DNA from: Nemertoderma westbladi
Taxonomy: Eukaryota; Animalia; Xenacoelomorpha
NCBI GenBank assembly: GCA_032718475.1
Contig: JAUCBJ010006848.1
Location: forward strand, 8,143 to 72,142
Direction of reading: 5' to 3'
DNA length: 64,000 bases
Below are positions 50,681 through 62,799 of the stretch, in pieces; the stretch's first letter is position 1; the number at the start of each line of letters is the position of its first letter. Under the pieces are notes generated by a model. That model saw only the letters and a list, made by a program, of their open reading frames with translations. It did not search any database and had not been told where the DNA came from. A program made the position numbers and the translations under genes.

Positions 50681-52390
50681 TTAATAGGGTTGCTGGCCTC
50701 CGAGAATAACTGGTTTAACCCTTTTAGGGTCCGATACTATTAATGGTTGCGTTAATTTTCTCTTTGATAGTTTGTTGAGATAACCTTTTCTTGGGGGGTG
50801 AAATAGATTAAGGTGTGTTTGCTGCGGGAGAAATATGCCTTCTCTGAGAGAACGTTTTAGTAATTCGAAAAGGCGCGCGATGGTAAAGTCGTTGGATAGG
50901 GTGATAGTGTTGGTATTTTTCGTATTGGTGAATATAATTTCTGCTGGTTTGTTCTCGATATGAATGTAAGGACTGAGATAGTAGTGAGAGTTGGGTGGGT
51001 TGGTTATATTTATCGCGAGAAAATCGCTGCCCCTAATATTGAGACCGTTGGTGAACTGAAAAGTGGTATTCTCTTCGTCTTTCATTAAAATGGGCCAGAT
51101 ACCAACATATTTTTCGGATTTGAACTTATAGATAAAGGCTGCGATACTGCTATTTATGAGATAGCGTTGGTGATTGGGGATCGTAATCTGCTTTGGTTTG
51201 AAAGCAAATTGTATAGCCATAGCCTTGAATCTGATTAGAGCCTCGCGCGCTTGAATCGTGTTAGCTATAGTAAAGGATTCGTTAAATTTTCTCTCGGTTA
51301 TCTGTAAATCAATTTCTGAATCACTGATACAACTTTGTATCGATATTCGCTCGGAAATGTTGTCTTTGTATACGTTAAGTTCATCGTAGCAGACACATTC
51401 ACTATCCTCGATGGTTGAATCGAACCATTTCAATTCGCCGACCTCGGTTGGTGTAAGAAGAATCATGCCCCTAGAAGAAACAATAGCCTTTCCATCGTCA
51501 ACCTCGTAGCCATTGGTGATCGCTAAATTGCGCTCGTTCCGAATATTTGTAGCAAACCCAAAAGTGCAATAGTCAAAAGCAACCCAATTGCCCGGTTTTA
51601 GGACAAGGTGAGTAGTAGGATTAATAAAAGGGCGACAGATGTTTACATATTGTTGAAATAAATTGGCGCAGGCGACGGAAAATGTAATCCATGAACTGTT
51701 TACAGTGTCTTCCAGCTTTATTAACTCGAGTGGTTTCACTGGGTTAATACTTCCATAGGTGCCAACTCTATAATTGAATCCAAAGTAATAGGAGACTTTA
51801 TTGGCGAAAAAGCATGTGAGCTCATTCAATTTCTCGCCGAAAGCGAGAACATCCTTGTCGAAAAGTTTAAAGAAACGAGTCTCCTCTTCCTCGGTCGGAG
51901 TCGACGAGTTCCAGATGAGAAGAAGAATCGAGTTTGCGATACTATGAAAATCAAATAAGCGATCATCGGAGAAGAAGGAGGTTACGAGAGTGGTTAAACC
52001 CAGTAGACGATTTGCCACATCTTGGTTGATGTTTTCTCGAATAAAATCGACGACACTAGTTGGAATCGTAAACGTCTCGGGCGAAGTAGTTAGATTAAAC
52101 GTGATTTTGTTGTCCCTTTTTAAAAGTTTGAAACCGTGGTTGGAGGAATGAAGTTTATTATCGTCGAGGGTTTGATATTGTCCATCGTGAAGTTCGTAGC
52201 AGGCGCGGAAAATAAAGTGCGCGTAGTTTGCCGGAATCGGGATGGGTTGGTTTAAGGTTGTATTTATCGTTAACGGGAAGAGTTTGTTCGCCGAATCGAA
52301 ATATAGACCAAACGAGTTGTCTTGTAGCATAAACTGATTTTCGTTGCAAACTAGATCGTTGCTTGAATAGCTGATTTCTGAATGTGCCAT
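50681..52390 (-). CDS. Unknown 569-aa protein, possible PC4-like ssDNA-binding repeats and a C-terminal bipartite NLS
   Basis: Intact single-exon ORF; AATAAA ~20 nt after the stop; KRKLTQPLIVSDPKRVK NLS; inverted duplicate at 40342. Confidence 0.8.
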   Translation of the reverse strand: MAHSEISYSSNDLVCNENQFMLQDNSFGLYFDSANKLFPLTINTTLNQPIPIPANYAHFIFRACYELHDGQYQTLDDNKLHSSNHGFKLLKRDNKITFNLTTSPETFTIPTSVVDFIRENINQDVANRLLGLTTLVTSFFSDDRLFDFHSIANSILLLIWNSSTPTEEEETRFFKLFDKDVLAFGEKLNELTCFFANKVSYYFGFNYRVGTYGSINPVKPLELIKLEDTVNSSWITFSVACANLFQQYVNICRPFINPTTHLVLKPGNWVAFDYCTFGFATNIRNERNLAITNGYEVDDGKAIVSSRGMILLTPTEVGELKWFDSTIEDSECVCYDELNVYKDNISERISIQSCISDSEIDLQITERKFNESFTIANTIQAREALIRFKAMAIQFAFKPKQITIPNHQRYLINSSIAAFIYKFKSEKYVGIWPILMKDEENTTFQFTNGLNIRGSDFLAINITNPPNSHYYLSPYIHIENKPAEIIFTNTKNTNTITLSNDFTIARLFELLKRSLREGIFLPQQTHLNLFHPPRKGYLNKLSKRKLTQPLIVSDPKRVKPVILGGQQPY

Positions 52391-52476
52391 CGTGATTGTG
52401 TACCGGTAACTCGTTTAGGAAATAAAAATAAATAAATACTTTTACGAAAATAATTAAAACTTTTCAGGAAAACAAA

Positions 52477-54620
52477 CCCTGCAAACAATGTATTGTTAAA
52501 AAGCTGTTATTAAAATGTTATTTAATGACATAGATAACATTATTTCAAATTGTTACATTAATGATAAAAAAACTGTAAATTGGCCAAGAAATATGACGTT
52601 ATATACTAACGTTATTATTTCGTTTTTAATAACATTAAAATAACAAAGCCAGGATGGTTATATATATCATTACTTTTATGTTATTCCTTATCATTATTAT
52701 TGTATTTTTATTGACATTAAAATAACAACGGCATAATGTTTATTTAGATCGTTACTTTTATGTTATTTCTTAACATAAAAATATTGTTTGCTAAAAATGT
52801 AACATTATACGTGCATTTAAGCCCTTCTCTCATGTTTTATGGTTGGTTCGCTTGCTCAAACTAATAATCCATTGCCGTTCTTTATATCGTTCTTTATAAT
52901 TGCCAAACCCTTTATTGAATAATTAATTAATAATTTCCCTACGCATGTTGATATGGTATGGCAGGCTACAATCTCTAACACAGTTTGATTGAATACAATT
53001 TTGTTGTAGGCAATTGTATGTAAATTAATAACAATTAAAACGTATAACATGAATTTAATTTTTTGTATAATGACCAGTCAGGAACAAATAATGAAATAAA
53101 CAGCAAAATCAAAGTAAAATATCCCAGAATAAGTAAACAACAAATATATGGCTGTATGGCCCATTACGTAAATGGTCTTGATATTTCGGTTAAAGTTAAT
53201 CACAGACTTAAAAAGAATATGTTTATGACTTAATAATAAGTGACAACAACGTAATGAATTGCATCAATTAAAATACTTTGAGTTAATATTATTCACTAGA
53301 TTTATAGATCTGATTTGTAGTCTATATAAAATAATGTACATATAGTGGGTTTAATAAATAAAACCTCACAACAATGTTAAATTATTAAAAGGGGCAGGTT
53401 ACAGTTGGCTACAGAGGCACATTATTATATCCTAGACGGGTAAACAAAAAAAAAACAGGTTACAGATTTATTTCTGGGAGAGTAATCAGTACTTATTTGA
53501 ATCGATATCTCCCTGGAGAGGGATGATTTTGATTGCATCGCAAATCCTCCCTATCTGAACAAATCATATTTAAAAAATTAAATGTTAATTATAATTATAG
53601 CTGAGTGAGCTTCATTTATTACATATTAAACTGTAAAAATAAATCAATAGGCCTAGGCCCTACAAAAGTACAATCTAAAAACTGAAACAATAAATAGTTT
53701 GTAATAACAGTTAATGTGAAGTTTTCAAATCGAAATCGAATCGAAAGTTTTGTAGTAATGCTGTCCCTGTGCCCTGCCCCTTCAACTGAAAACTGGGACC
53801 TCCCAATAATAAGAATTCCAATCTTTAGTCCTCGGCTGTTGAAATCCACCATCAGTACAGACAAATAAGTCAATCCTCCACCTGTCAGTGCTGGTTTAAG
53901 GGGACTTCCTGCTCCTGGTCCTGGCAGACTTGAATTCTGTAATTGGTAGGTCTAATGCAGTAATGTATGAATCCAGAGGGTAAAGGCGAACTCGCATTCA
54001 GGTAGATATGTTTTATTTATGAGTTTAGGTTAAATAAATCACAAAACCAAAAATATAAGCTACTGTACAGAGCAGTAGGCCTGCAGTAACTATACTACAG
54101 TAATAGAGATAGGCCTTGCAGTACAGCAGTATAACAATACATATACAGAATAAACATTGAATACAGGCAGGCCAGAATGAGTATTGTACAACATACCTGA
54201 TACCATACTGTATACCATTTACATGTGGAAAATTCCTCCATTACCGCGAATTTTAAAATTAGCCAATCATCAATCTCAGATTAGATAATAGAAGTGACAG
54301 CGTCTATCGCATAATGTTTATTTTATGTGACAAAATAACATTGTTCTGATATGTAACAAACCATGTTCTTAAAATGTTAGAACTAAACACTTATAAAACA
54401 TTTTTGACTAATGTTTATGTTCTCACATTAAAATTACGTTTTTTTAACATCAACAGTTATCATTTATTTAATGTCTGACAAAGACATTATAGAGTAATGT
54501 TAAAATAACATATATTGAACATCTAAATATTCTATCAAACAAGGGAATAACATTTATCAACATTTATAACAAATTAATGATGTTTTTCTGACATTCCTTG
54601 AAAGTAAATTGTTTGCAGGG
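52477..54620. mobile_element. Non-autonomous EnSpm/CMC-like DNA transposon
   Basis: 13-bp TIR CCCTGCAAACAAT; 2-bp TSD AA confirmed by the empty site at ~40256; subterminal AACATT/AATGTT repeats. Confidence 0.85.
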
Positions 54621-55349
54621 AAGAGACAATGATTGGGAATGTGGTGAACGGGGGCTATTATAGAGGGGGCTAGAATGGGTTAGCCAATCAGGGAACAGGA
54701 GAGAGAAAAGACTGTATAATTAAACCAATCAGAGAGCAGCTTTGATGACGTCACATCAGGCGAGATAATGATTGCCCAATGTTATTCAATGGTAGACAGA
54801 GTGGCGCCATTGAATAACGACGACAAAGGGGCCGCGAGAGGAAAGATTATAAAGTTAACGATAAGGGAACTATAAACCATAGAGCTAAAAATAGACATTA
54901 TGTCATAGTGATCTCAATGGTAATATAAAAACTAATTAATCTAAAAATAGAAATCAATGTATAAAATAAAAGTAATACAATTAATTAATTTAAAATAAAG
55001 TACAAATGAATAAATACGAATAAAATAAAATGCAAATAATTAATTAAAATTAAATATAAATAAATAAGTATTAATGAATAAAAGAGCTGCGGTGTCACTT
55101 ATGACACCCTCTTGCTCCTCTCTGCGCCAGTTAGACATCACTGATGACCCATTGTGTGTCGGGGCGCTAATCAGTCTGATTAATTAGGATAATCAATTAA
55201 ACCCTAATTAGGAGTCATATGACACCTGTTAGGGTTTAATTGTACTAATTAATTGATGACACCTGTCAATTAGGGTCTAATTGGCCTAATTGGGAGGTGT
55301 CACCCAGACAGTCTGGCGCCAATGACACCCAATGACACCCATAGGGTAA

Positions 55350-56562
55350 GAGTTATCAAAAAAGAAAGACAGGCATCTGGCTTTCATCTCTGTTGACTTC
55401 TTCAAGGCCTGATTCAGTCTCTCGCTCAAGTATGTTCAGCATACTTTCATTATATGGGATTCCTGATGAAATTATTGCAGCTATCAGATCAGTATACGAT
55501 GGTTTGGTAACATTTGTGTCTACTGTTGACGGTGACAAATAACTATTTGAAGTGTTATGGGGCGTCCTCCAGGGAGACACACTTGCACCATTCTTGTTCA
55601 TAATTTTGGTTGACTATGTTCTACGCATGTCCTTAGATCATCATAATGATGATGGGGTGATGATAACTCCACCTACTGGCTCCAGTAGTCGAGGAAATCC
55701 TGCCAAGTACCTAACTGATCTAGACTTTGCTGATGACTTAGGAGTACTCTCAGAATCACTGGAGGGAGCCCAACGGCTCTTCAGCTCATTAGAACATGCT
55801 CCTTCTAGTGTTGGTCTTTTTATTAACTCCAGAAAGACCAACATTTTGACAGTTAACTTTGAAAGTCCTCAGCAAGTCTCTGATAGGATGAGCAGAGCAT
55901 AATCTCAAAGGATGGTATGCTTGAGCATGTGGACGACTTCTGTTACCTGGGATCAAGGATCCGGAAGTCAGGTGAGGACCTTCGAATACGTAAGGGAAAG
56001 GCATGGGCAGCCTTGAATAGGCTTTCCAGGATTAGGAAGTCATCGAGAATTAATCGGAAACGTAAGGTTCGATTTTTTAGAGCAGCAGTAGTTCCAGTAC
56101 TCCTCTATGGGAGTCCATGCTGGGCTCTAACTGCTGAGGACATCAAATCTCTGGGTGGCACTTTCACAAGAATGCTACGCCGGGTTCATTGTGTCAAGTA
56201 CAATGCACACATCTCCAACCAGACTCTATATAACATTGGAGGTGTCTCATTGGTTCCCCCAAGCTTGACACTGTTAGAACAAAATCGCCTCCGCTTTGTA
56301 GGACATTGCTTTCGCCGTGAGGACCAGCCAGTGCATAATCTTGTACTTTGGCAGCCTCATGGAGTGAATAAGCATGGTGGACAGCCCATGACTTTCTTGA
56401 GACGCATCTTAAAGGACACTGGCCTTGAAGATGCGGATGATCTAGCAAATGTCATGTGTGATAGGGAGTTGTGGCGGCACAAATTTGTCGACACGCCGGC
56501 ACAGCATTCTTAAAAATGCAGCTGCAATGCAGCATGCCGATTCTAGTAGTAGTAGTAGTAGT
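55350..56562 (+). mobile_element. RTE-clade LINE, 5'-truncated, degenerate
   Basis: GVLQGDTLAPFLF, DLDFADDL, DFCYLGS, VVPVLLYGS motifs; (AGT)n tail at 56544-56562. Confidence 0.9.
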
Positions 56563-56959
56563 GGGGCGCTATATTTGTGGATATAGTCTTACAATTGAAT
56601 ATAAAATTATAAATTATTTGGGAGCATAATTCTTGTTGCGTAAAGTGTGTCTCAATCCTACAGCTTTGGTATCTTCCTATTGTAATTTTTGACTTATGAT
56701 TATTACATACCTGTGCTCTAAAAGCAATGGTTGACTCTCATCATCCTTGATTCTGACACTTGTAGTCTACAAAAATGCAAATAATATTCTTAGAGTCGCA
56801 ATAAAGAATATTAGACTAATCTGGAACCATGAGAATCCTGTGTCCCTCAAATATTCAAGAGTGTCTTTGTTAATGCCATACAATGGACGTCCAGACTGTC
56901 CTGAGTATATTACGGAAGGTTGAAGTTAGGTTGGATTTGAACAACAACTAGTAGGTGAG

Positions 56960-57500
56960 TCCTTCTCGTGGTCGAACTACATTTAACCAATGCAACCACG
57001 CCTGGCGCACCTGATCCGAAATCTCTAGTCGAGCACAAACAGCGAAAATTCCTGAAAGGAATTCTAGCTAAACCAGATTTGCATGAACCTCTAATTATGG
57101 TGCTTGATATGTGCAGGCAATCCGGGACTAGAATGGCCAAGACGATAGACAAGATCGTTGCAGACGACCAGAATCCTTTGCAAGCCGGACGTACGACTAT
57201 AAAAACCACAATCGCAAGCGCAACTTCCACGCGAATGTCAATATATCGTGAGGTGAACCCGAACCTAGACAAACCGCCAGTCTACAGCTCAGGGTCCATT
57301 GTAGATGAGAAATTGAGAATCAGCTGGTTCCGCATTCGCTAGACGTCTACAAACCTGGCCGTAGAGCGAGTACGATGGAGTCGTACCGACCGAAACTTGC
57401 GAATTTGTGCTTGCGGGGATACCCAGACCGAGCTACACATTCTGAAAGATTGTCCTCTTCTAAAGAACGATTCCGCATTCCCATTCCGCATAACGTCTCT
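56960..57500 (+). pseudogene. Non-LTR retrotransposon ORF2 C-terminal fragment with a Cys/His finger (second family)
   Basis: FRIR*TSTNLAVERVRWSR...RICACGDTQTELHILKDCP resembles the RFRxSSHxLxIExGRW..RxC..E.H...C tail. Confidence 0.65.
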
Positions 57501-58524
57501 CAATGACTTGCAAAATTCTCGCACAATAGGCTTAGTACACCGCGCACGGGGTTCCCTTTTCGAAGAAATATATACGAGTTGCACCAGGCATAACAAACTT
57601 GTATTTTTCGGTGCTCTGTGCAAAATTTGGTGCCAGCACGAAATTTTGAAAATCCAACAATAGTTCAATTGATTGTGACAAATAATTTTTGCTCGCATTT
57701 CATAGGTTTATGGGGGTTTTGAATTCAATGGAATATATAATTATCTAACAAGACATCTCAAACTTGTATTTTTCGGAAATGGGTGCAGAATTTGGTGCTA
57801 GCACCAAATTTTCAAACCCATCAAATATATCAATTGATTATATGGCCTTGTTTCTTGCGTTATACGGGTTTGTGAGGGTTCTAAATTCAATGGTTGAAGA
57901 AAAAAATGCAGAAGAGTTCTCAAACTTGTATTTTTCGGCGGTGGGTGAAAAGTTTTGTCACAGCACCAAATTTTTGAAAACCATAATTTTTTATTTATTT
58001 TTTTGCAAATATATTAATAGATAGTATCATCTTGTTTCTATTGCGTTATACGGGTTTATGAGGGTCCTGAATTCGATGGAATCAATAAAAACAGCCACTG
58101 GACATCACAAATTTATACTTTTTTTTGTCGGGGTGGGGGGTGGGGGAGGGGTGTCAATATGATCCCCCCCCCCCCCCCCCCCGGTATTTGTACAACATTT
58201 TATTTATTTCTTAAGTTACTAATAGGGTTAATTAATAATAGTGGTCGTGATGGTTCATGGTTATTAATATACACTACTATTTATCAGCAACCCTTATGTT
58301 TGTAGCGCGCGGTAACCATAGTAACTAAGTGGGCCCATAAAGATCGTATAATATTTTTATCCAAACATGCACCATCACCAATAATAATAATTTGTTAACT
58401 CATTATTAATATTATATATTTTTGATTATAAATTTTTATTATTTCAGAACCCTATATTATTTTATTTGTTTGAAGTTTAAAGTTGAATTTTAATATAAAA
58501 AAATATTATCTAATATTATCAGCC

Positions 58525-59220
58525 ATGGTAATATTTTATTTAACAGTTTTACTTACTACCCATCTGACGTCTTTATGCCACGGAATAGATGTCGCCTACG
58601 ATCCTACAAACCTCACCATGGAAGATCCTATTGGTAAGAACTGTGTGGAGGAGGGAGATAACTTAACGTTAAGTTATCAACTCACAAGCGATATAGTCAT
58701 CAACGATATAAGATGGATCCATGGATGGATTGGCGGTTATCCGTTTCCGGTATTTGAGTTGGACTACGAGGATGGGGAAATAAACGTAGGAGCGATACTC
58801 GACGGTTATACTAATAATAGTGTAATAGTTTCAGTTTCGGGACGACCTGTAGTAATCAGAGTTACTTATACTAACGTCCATGTTACAAGTGAGAGAGAGG
58901 AAGGGTGGTATATAAAACGGGAGGTTGGGAAACACCGGATGTATATAGTCTTAGAGAAGCAGGGCGACGATGAGTGGACACGCCTGGAACCATCAATAGA
59001 AATACACGAGTGCGCGGTTAATGCGGAATCGGACCAACAACAACCAACTGAAGAAGGGAAAGATATAGTTGAACCTAACGGCTCAACCTCCATCGCACCC
59101 GATATAACAACCACTGGTGTTGTAGAAGATGTAGTTGTACCTAACGGCCCAACCTCAATCGCACCCAATGCAACCCCTAGTATATTACTTACTCTCATCC
59201 TATTGGTTATTGTATTATGA
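58525..59220 (+). CDS. Predicted GPI-anchored single Ig-like-domain protein, copy B (231 aa from the ATG)
   Basis: GCCATGG start; same architecture as 9819-10514; intact ORF. Confidence 0.85.
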   Translation: MVIFYLTVLLTTHLTSLCHGIDVAYDPTNLTMEDPIGKNCVEEGDNLTLSYQLTSDIVINDIRWIHGWIGGYPFPVFELDYEDGEINVGAILDGYTNNSVIVSVSGRPVVIRVTYTNVHVTSEREEGWYIKREVGKHRMYIVLEKQGDDEWTRLEPSIEIHECAVNAESDQQQPTEEGKDIVEPNGSTSIAPDITTTGVVEDVVVPNGPTSIAPNATPSILLTLILLVIVL

Positions 59221-61227
59221 AGGAATTAGCTGAGAATGAAATCTGATTGGCTTATTATTATTGGCTGATTGGCGTTATTTGCATATTTTTTTGTAATATA
59301 ATTAACAACTAAAAATTACTAATTATCTGGAATCTCCAAAATAATAAGTAAAGATTCGCGCCATAAGATGAATAATGTAAAGAATCCAATTGAATCTAAC
59401 TGATAATAATTATTACGTTGTCTTGTAACAAAATTTATAGATTATGTCCAAATGTTTTTAGTGAATTAACATTTACGCTTGTGGCAGCTAGAGGGCGACG
59501 AAATTTTAACATTTATTTTTAATCCAATTTTTTACCCTAAGTTAGTCCCATAAAGTCATAAAAAATACAAAACTACCCACAAACAGAAATTATATCCATT
59601 TAAGTTACGGCGTTGTCGATTATGAAAGAGCTAATCCTATTGGCTAGTTACCTGAATATTATATGATCAGATATTTTGTCAAATAAATATTCACATTCTT
59701 TAACAAATTAATTTTGTTAATTTTTTAACAAACATTCCTATATGATATGATGATCTTGATGAATATTTCATATTTACCACTTTGACAATCTCTTTAATAA
59801 GGGGAGTTCAGTAATTGACTAGAAATTTCTAACCCGTCATTTAGGAAACTGGATTTTATCCAAAGTAATTGCTGTTTAGCCTACTTAGATACAATAGGTG
59901 AAAAAAAATATATTTCATATAAATATATTATTAAAAAATAATATAAAAAATTATTTCAATAAAAAATTTGAGGAATTTTAATTCTCTAGTCGACAGACAG
60001 TCGAGTGTCTGTTTTTTGGATAACCGTTAGACAGACATTGTAGGTTTTTTTCTAAATTGGAAAATTACATCGGAGATTGTTGGGTTTTGAAGACAGTATA
60101 ATGTTGGGAACAACAATAATAAGAAACACATGACGATTGTCAATAAGTATGGAATATTATAATAAATCGTTTAGTTACTGTAATTAATCTCTAGATAAAT
60201 ATCATTAAATAGAGGCATTGCATGGCTACGTAATAGTATACTAGTATTACAATTACAAACTTTCAAACACAAGAATTAAAACTAACAAATAATCATGAAG
60301 AGTTTATATACCGTTTGAGTTATTATTTCCACTCCTTCCCTGTTACTTGGCATTACACCATACAGTCTCAGACACGTAAACCTAAGGGGATTCCAGCGCC
60401 ATCCTCTGCCCCAATACTACGCCACTTAATTTAAATTGCATGAAAAAAATGTATCTTGTCTATATCTCATGATGTGAAATATGGTTACACATAGAAAGCT
60501 GAAGGGTCTACATCATACCTACTGTAGAAGTGCAAACAATGTAAATGTAATATAATTAATCATGGAGTTAATTAACAGAGTAAGGTTAACATTATAATTC
60601 ACATAAAAATCTGCACCAGAGGGAATTGAAAATGATAAATCGCCTTTGAGCGCTGCGGTGACACAAAACGTATTTATGTACCGCGCTGGTGCATCAAGGG
60701 GACTTACATAAATAGAAATGGTTCATAAACTCTGAATAGTGGCCCTTTTCAGACAATTATGTATTTTTACCTAATTTTGTTAGATATGTCAACTTATCGG
60801 CGATCTGAACATTTAATTAATCACTTTAATAATTTAATTGTAATGTTTAATGTTACAGAAAAGATTATTGATCCTTTTATTGAACTACAACCAACACTTA
60901 CACTACTTACACATGGAATGCAATGGCTATCATCCACGCTAGAGAAATGTAGAATACTCAAGACGTATTCTAGAAGTCAATTGTTTCTAAGAGATGAGTG
61001 TTTTCTTTGCAGTTGATATTTAGGATCGCTCTATTAATTTGACATAATTGTAACAAAAACATGTTTGTAGTTATTTCAGTTTAATTTCGTAATTATAATT
61101 ATATAAGATTGTCTTCATAATATATTAAGTTTTCATTAATTATTAATATTTATTATGTTTGTTACAATTCTAGAATAATCACAACTCTTTGAAAAAAACA
61201 ATATTGGTATTTGCTATAAATAATTAA

Positions 61228-62400
61228 GCCATAAGATGAATAATGTAAAGAATCCAATTGAATCTAACTGATAATAATTATTACGTTGTCTTGTAACAAA
61301 ATTTATAGATTATGTCCAAATGTTTTTAGTGAATTAACATTTACGCTTGTGGCAGATAGAGGGCGACGAAATTTTAACATTTATTTTTAATCCAATTTTT
61401 TACCCTAAGTTAGTCCCATAAAGTCATAAAAAATACAAAACTACCCACAAGCAGAAATTATATCCATTTAAGTTACGGCGTTGTCGATTATGAAAGAGCT
61501 AATCCTATTGGCTAGTTACCTGAATATTATATGATCAGATATTTTGTCAAATAAATATTCACATTCTTTAACAAATTAATTTTGTTAATTTTTTAACAAA
61601 CATTCCTATATGATAAGATGATCTGTAATTAATCTCTAGATAAATATCATTAAATTGCATGAAAAAAATGTATCTTGTCTATATCTCATGATGTGAAATA
61701 TGGTTACACATAGAAAGCTGAAGGGTCTAACATACAGTACCTACTGTAGAAGTGCAAACAATGTAAATGTAATATAATTAATCATGGAGTTAATTAACAG
61801 AGTAAGGTTAACATTATAATTCACATAAAAATCTGCACCAGAGGGAATTGAAAATGAAAAATCGCCTTTGAGCGCTGCGGTGACACAAAACGTATTTATG
61901 TACCGCGCTGGCGCATCAAGGCGACTTACATAAATATAAAAAATGGTTCATAATCTCTGAATAGTGGCCCTTTTCAGACATTTATGTATTTTTACCTAAT
62001 TTTGTTAGAATATGTCAACTTATCAGCGATCTGAACATTTAAATTAATCACTTTTAATAATTTAATTGTAATGTTTAATGTTACAGAAAAGATTATTGAT
62101 CCTTTTATTGAACTACAACCAACACTTACACTACTTACACATGGCATGCAATGGCTATCATCCATGCTAGAGAAATGTAGAATACTCAAGACGTATTCTA
62201 GAATTCAATTGTTTCTAAGAGATGAGTGTTTTCTTTGCTGTTGATATTTAGGATCGCTCTATTAATTTGACATACTGTAATTGTAACAAAAACATGTTTG
62301 TAGTTATTTCAGTTTAATTTCGTAATTATAATTATATAAGATTGTCTTCTTAATATATTAAGGTTTCATTAATTATTGATATGAAAAAATACAATATTAG
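61228..62400 (+). repeat. Local tandem duplicate of the Ig-gene 3' flank
   Basis: Matches ~59360-59760 and ~60180-61150; a further partial copy lies at 13335-13545. Confidence 0.85.
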
Positions 62401-62799
62401 TGTTTTCTATAATTACCGAATATCCCATTAACCTGTCTTTCCTGGTAACACGATTACTATGCTACGAATACTAAAACAATGAGTTAAAGTGAAAGATCAT
62501 CCGCCATCTATGTTGTGTTTCCTAGCAACAATACAGACCGTAGTGCTTCTCCTTGGTCTGTTACACCGTAACAACAACCGCACTGTTAATAAAATGTCGG
62601 CCCATAAGTTTTTAGACGAACAATTGTAGATAGACAAACTATTGTAGATTGCAAAAATACTTGGGATGCCGGTACTTCACTTTCCGTTCACTAGTACCCA
62701 AGGTATTGTTCGTGGTAATTTCCTGCACATTTAAGGCCCGGGTTCTTACCTTGAATCAATCCTCGCGCCCACGCGCTCCGGCCCTTCGCGATTTCAGGC

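Larger units (their letters stand above)
39453..55347. mobile_element. Polinton/Maverick (adintovirus)-like element remnant
   Basis: Starts AGTAGTAG exactly where homology to unit A (3023) breaks; long inverted arms; ZnF-pPolB N-terminal fragment; single-exon genes with TATA/Inr promoters. The right terminus is missing (abuts an RTE fragment), so no TSD can be checked. Confidence 0.65.

Noticed and set aside
56544-56562. (AGT)n run as the missing Polinton terminus
   Set aside because: Wrong orientation for a right end, and it follows the RTE 3' UTR; the same tail occurs at 63012 and 63925.
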